Assembly (NCBI GenBank): GCA_964036045.1
Contig: OZ038378.1
Coordinates: 68,572,001 to 68,636,000, forward strand
Source of the DNA: Eutreptiella sp. 'Long Island Sound 2002'
Taxonomy: Eukaryota > Protista > Euglenida
Reading direction: 5' to 3'
DNA length: 64,000 nt
A program made the position numbers and the translations under genes. Under the pieces are notes generated by a model. That model saw nothing but the letters and a program-made list of their open reading frames with translations. It was not told the DNA's origin and did not search any database. Below are positions 60,315 through 64,000 of the stretch, one piece after another (position 1 is the first letter of the stretch; every line of letters starts with the position of its first letter).

Positions 60315-62827
60315 CTGAAACAGTCAGTTGGTTGTAGCACTAGGCAGCCAGAAATTGTCCCCAGGCCCCAAACAAACACCTCGTCCCAAACTGCGTAAAC
60401 GAACAACATTGATATTCTTATACCCTGACCACCCATTGCACGCAGCCTTGCAGTGTTGCCGTGGGTGGATGGGCTTTCAATTGGGCGGGTTGGGTTGGGT
60501 TGGGTTAAGGCCTCTCATGGTCGCCTCCACCCACGGTCCAAGTCGCCTTCCCTACGGGACTCGACCAAGCATGGTGTACCTGGGTATCTGGTCACAAGGC
60601 CTGCCGGACTGATGACAGCCCCCAGACCCCACGGTGGTGCTCGCGGGCAGGAGACACCGCCGTGCCTGTGTGTGTGTGTGCGCACATTGGGTTCTGTCTT
60701 TCCTACCTATAGTTGCCCGTCACGCGGACAGCAAACAGCATTGCACAACACCGCAAATGCCAGTCAGTTGCCAGTAGGCAGGTGCCCGGATGATCACATT
60801 CTTTGCTCGGCGTCCAGGCTACATGTGCCACCAGACCTAATCCGGCTAACCCGCCCAGCCGTTTGTTTTTGTCTAGGAAGCGCACTCTGCAAGCTGCTCA
60901 TGAGCGGTACATAGCTCGGAGTGGGTGGGGTTCTGCTACCCAAATTTGCATACCAATCCCCGGTTGCTGTGGAGCTCTTGACTTTGATTGTAGTACCAGT
61001 TTTTTTCTAACTCCAATTTTAGTGTGCACTCCCGTGCACAGTGTATTAGGGACCAATTCACATACACTCACTAGGTATAGGGCCGACGTTGAGAGTGGCA
61101 ATTGAATGGCGTTTGTGCGGTCTGCTGTCTGTCATGTGAAGGGCGACATGACAAGACTTGGTTCTTGCATAAAGAAATTTAGTTCTGTTTAGAACAATGG
61201 CAGGACTGAAACAGCCTTGATTTGCCCCTGCCGGTGAGCATTGCCTGTCGTGTGTACCATATATTGTGCGCTGTCTGATTAGTTTGTTTGAATTTGTTCA
61301 CACAGCAATAGAAGGTGCCCGCCCACCCACCCTAATGGGGGGGGGGTGTTAGACCCACTATGTTCGTTTAGAGTGGATGCTTACATGCCTGTTGTGGCTT
61401 CGAATGCTGAACTTGGGCCGACGGTGGAAGTACCCACCGGCTACTTTCTTTCCAAGCAACATATCTTTAACGCGTAATTTCACTGCTCGTGGTAATTCTC
61501 CATGGTTTGGTGTTGCCGCATAATCCACCACTCCTCAAAGAGAAGCATGGCAAATCGCAGGTCTGTGATTGTGAGACCCACTAACGGAGCGCATATAGTT
61601 GCCCCCACCCACACCCGGTTAGCCCGGTTTGAGGGGTTAAGCCTAGTAGCCCGTTTTGCCCTCACAGGTCAACCTAGATCAAGGTCACCATTTCTCTTCT
61701 TGTTTAACTGCAACCTCAGTAAGCTTCACTCAAGAAATGCGGTGTTGGGGCTGCACTGGGTTTGGCATCCACATTGATGGTAGCAGTGGTTGAAGGTGGA
61801 GGTGCGCTTTGGCTTGCACACACTCACGTCCGGCGGAACTTTTTTTTTGTCCGGAGGGGGAGCAGGGGTAGCCTCAACTTCTAAATTGGTGGTGGCATCG
61901 GCACTACTTACCTCCATGGCACTGCTTGTGCAAGCACTACTATGCCACACTTTGATGCCACAGGGCTGCCACTGTCACTATCAATGTCATCGTCACTATT
62001 ATTGCGGCGATTGTTGTTCTTGCTGCTATTGCTGCTCTCGCTGCCAATGTTGCTCGATGCACGCCATGTCCCCTCGAAGTCCGATGTCTGAACAATGGCC
62101 ACATGCCTAAGCTTGGCTGCCCGTAAACCGGATAGGAAGGCGCTCACCGAACCACACGTGGGCAAAATCATGAAAGTAGAGGGTGTTGGTGCAACCACAC
62201 CCAATGAACTCGGCAATGAGGTGCACCAAAAAAGTATGTGTGGCCCCCATGGCACACTACAAAGTGCAGGTCAACTGCGTACAGCAATAGAATGATGCGA
62301 CACAAAGAGAGCATGCAGGAGTGGAATGGAAGAGGTAACAACATCCTTGCCACAATACTGGCTATGGTGCATGCCTCATAAACAGTCCAACAGATGCCAC
62401 TACGGAACCGCAGGGACCACGGGGGGGCCGTCTCCTCGCTTTTAGACGCAACTCCCCCCCCCAGTAGAAGTGGGCCAAAGGCCCCTAGGGGGGGGGGCTT
62501 TTTTTGGGGGGGGGGGCTAGCCGCCGAGGAGGGCTTCTCTAAGGGACTTGCTAGTCGCTGCTAGTTGCCGGGGGGGGGGGGGGGCTAGGGGAGGGGTTTA
62601 GCAGAGGTCTAGTTCAGTTTGGCAGAGACGCGGTGGCCTAAGGGGTTACTCTACAACAACGGAGGCCTCCACTCTGCCTCCTCACCAATGCAAAGGTGGT
62701 TGTAGGCGCCCACACCCCCTGCCTGGGGAGGGCCGTATATATATGCTGCACTCTCCGACACGGCCCGTCACACCGGAGAGCAGCTGGGTGCCTGGCAGGT
62801 TGCCCAGGCCTACAAGGCACCCGATTA

Positions 62828-63010
62828 GTTTTTTTTTTTCCTCCGCTGTACACACAAGTACTGCTCTATGGGAATAGGTTTTTTTTTCCTTCGCCGTACA
62901 CACAAGTACTGCTCTATGCAATAAGTTTTTTTTTCCTTCGCCGTACAGACAAGTACTGCTCTACAGTAGTAGGTTTTTTTTTCCTTCGCCATATACACAA
63001 ATACAGCTCG
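62828..63010 (+). repeat. Four tandem ~45-50 bp units
   Basis: (T)nCCTTCGCCGTACACACAAGTACTGCTCTA...AGG repeated four times with drift. Confidence 0.85.
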
Positions 63011-64000
63011 TTCCGTCCCTTTTTTTTTCCATTTCGCCCACGGCTCACTTAAAGAGCTCTCCCTCCGACGATGAGTCGGAATCAGAGACACTTATATTTC
63101 GCCGCTTTCGGGGCCGTGTCCATGACAACTCCACTTTCCTACGTTGTCCTACACTCTCCAAAGGGCGTGTGCGCTCTGCACCGGATGACGCCTCTGTGGA
63201 GGAGTCACCATGATGCACCACACAACAAAGCGTGGATTCAGAGATTGTCCAGGTTTCGTCAATAGCACCGGACGGTTGGGGCCCAAAAGAGGGCGGAAAT
63301 GCTACATCACCCCTGCATTCTTGGGGGTCCCCAGCAAAGGGGACAAAATTTTCGGGCGCCTTCGGCGCCACCCTATGTATGGCTGGTAGCCATTGACCCT
63401 TGGTAACTAAGTGGGCCCGGAGGGCCCGGAGGGGGGGGGGGGGGGGGGAGTCGCGTACCCGGACCGAGGAGACGGCCCCCCCGTGGCAGGGACACATACT
63501 TGATCACCACGCAACTACCACATAAATGGGGGGGGGGGGGCCTGCCGCCGTGCCACACTGCTAATGACCTCAAAAAACACCCGCCGATCCTGAGGACCGA
63601 AACTACGGCCAACAACACTAGCCAAGCGACTAAAGGATCCTTTGCAGTTATGCAGGATAGGTTGGTGTATAGCAACGCCACCATCCCAAATAACACCGAC
63701 CAACCGGCATCTTCCTCCAACTTGTTGTACAATGCACGGGGAATGCACAAACAACTTGGTGACCTCCTCCCGTTGCGTCCACCCGCAGCTCTTGCACCCT
63801 TTACAGCTAAAGTCCCCCCAAAGGGGCCCTACTCATATTCGCTATCAATGAATCAGAAGACTCAGGGTGTGTTAGCAGCCAGTATTCTTGACTAGAGAAG
63901 CATTGCACGCATGTAGGCCGTCAAAGGGACCCAAGGTGTGTGAGCATTGGCAATCTATCAACTAGAGTAGCACCGAATACAAGCAGGGCATTAAGGGGAC

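Noticed and set aside
61400-62260. Further upstream carrier exons or start codon
   Set aside because: No carrier-like peptide with credible splice sites was found. The low-complexity Ser/Asn/Asp ORFs here are unassignable.

Overview
Eukaryotic, repeat-dominated, gene-poor window, probably from a large-genome protist. A euglenid origin is only an impression and cannot be shown from the sequence. The one well-supported host gene is a minus-strand mitochondrial carrier (SLC25/MCF). Three of its exons (60172-59962, 29271-29099, 27705-27438) splice in frame through GT-AG introns, and one intron is 30,690 bp. That intron holds two satellite systems. The first is a ~6 kb 83/99-bp array between inverted termini; the second is a ~21 kb, 162-bp A/T-tract satellite with higher-order repeats. 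Inside the 162-bp satellite lies the most notable feature: a decayed transposase with RAG1/Transib-type motifs (GDGK..CxxC, HxxxxH, E-x2-N-x2-FK at RAG1 spacing). Its C-terminal catalytic segment is inverted relative to the rest of the gene, and a second decayed gene with an NLS-like motif and a coiled coil lies upstream. The left part of the window has a near-complete ~8 kb LINE (endonuclease-RT-RNase H-Zn finger). It carries few lesions, mostly consistent with C-to-T change, and its ORF1 holds an unrecognised domain duplicated at a 256-aa period. Older element relics surround it. No rRNA, tRNA or CRISPR array was recognised. All family assignments come from motif recall, not database searches.
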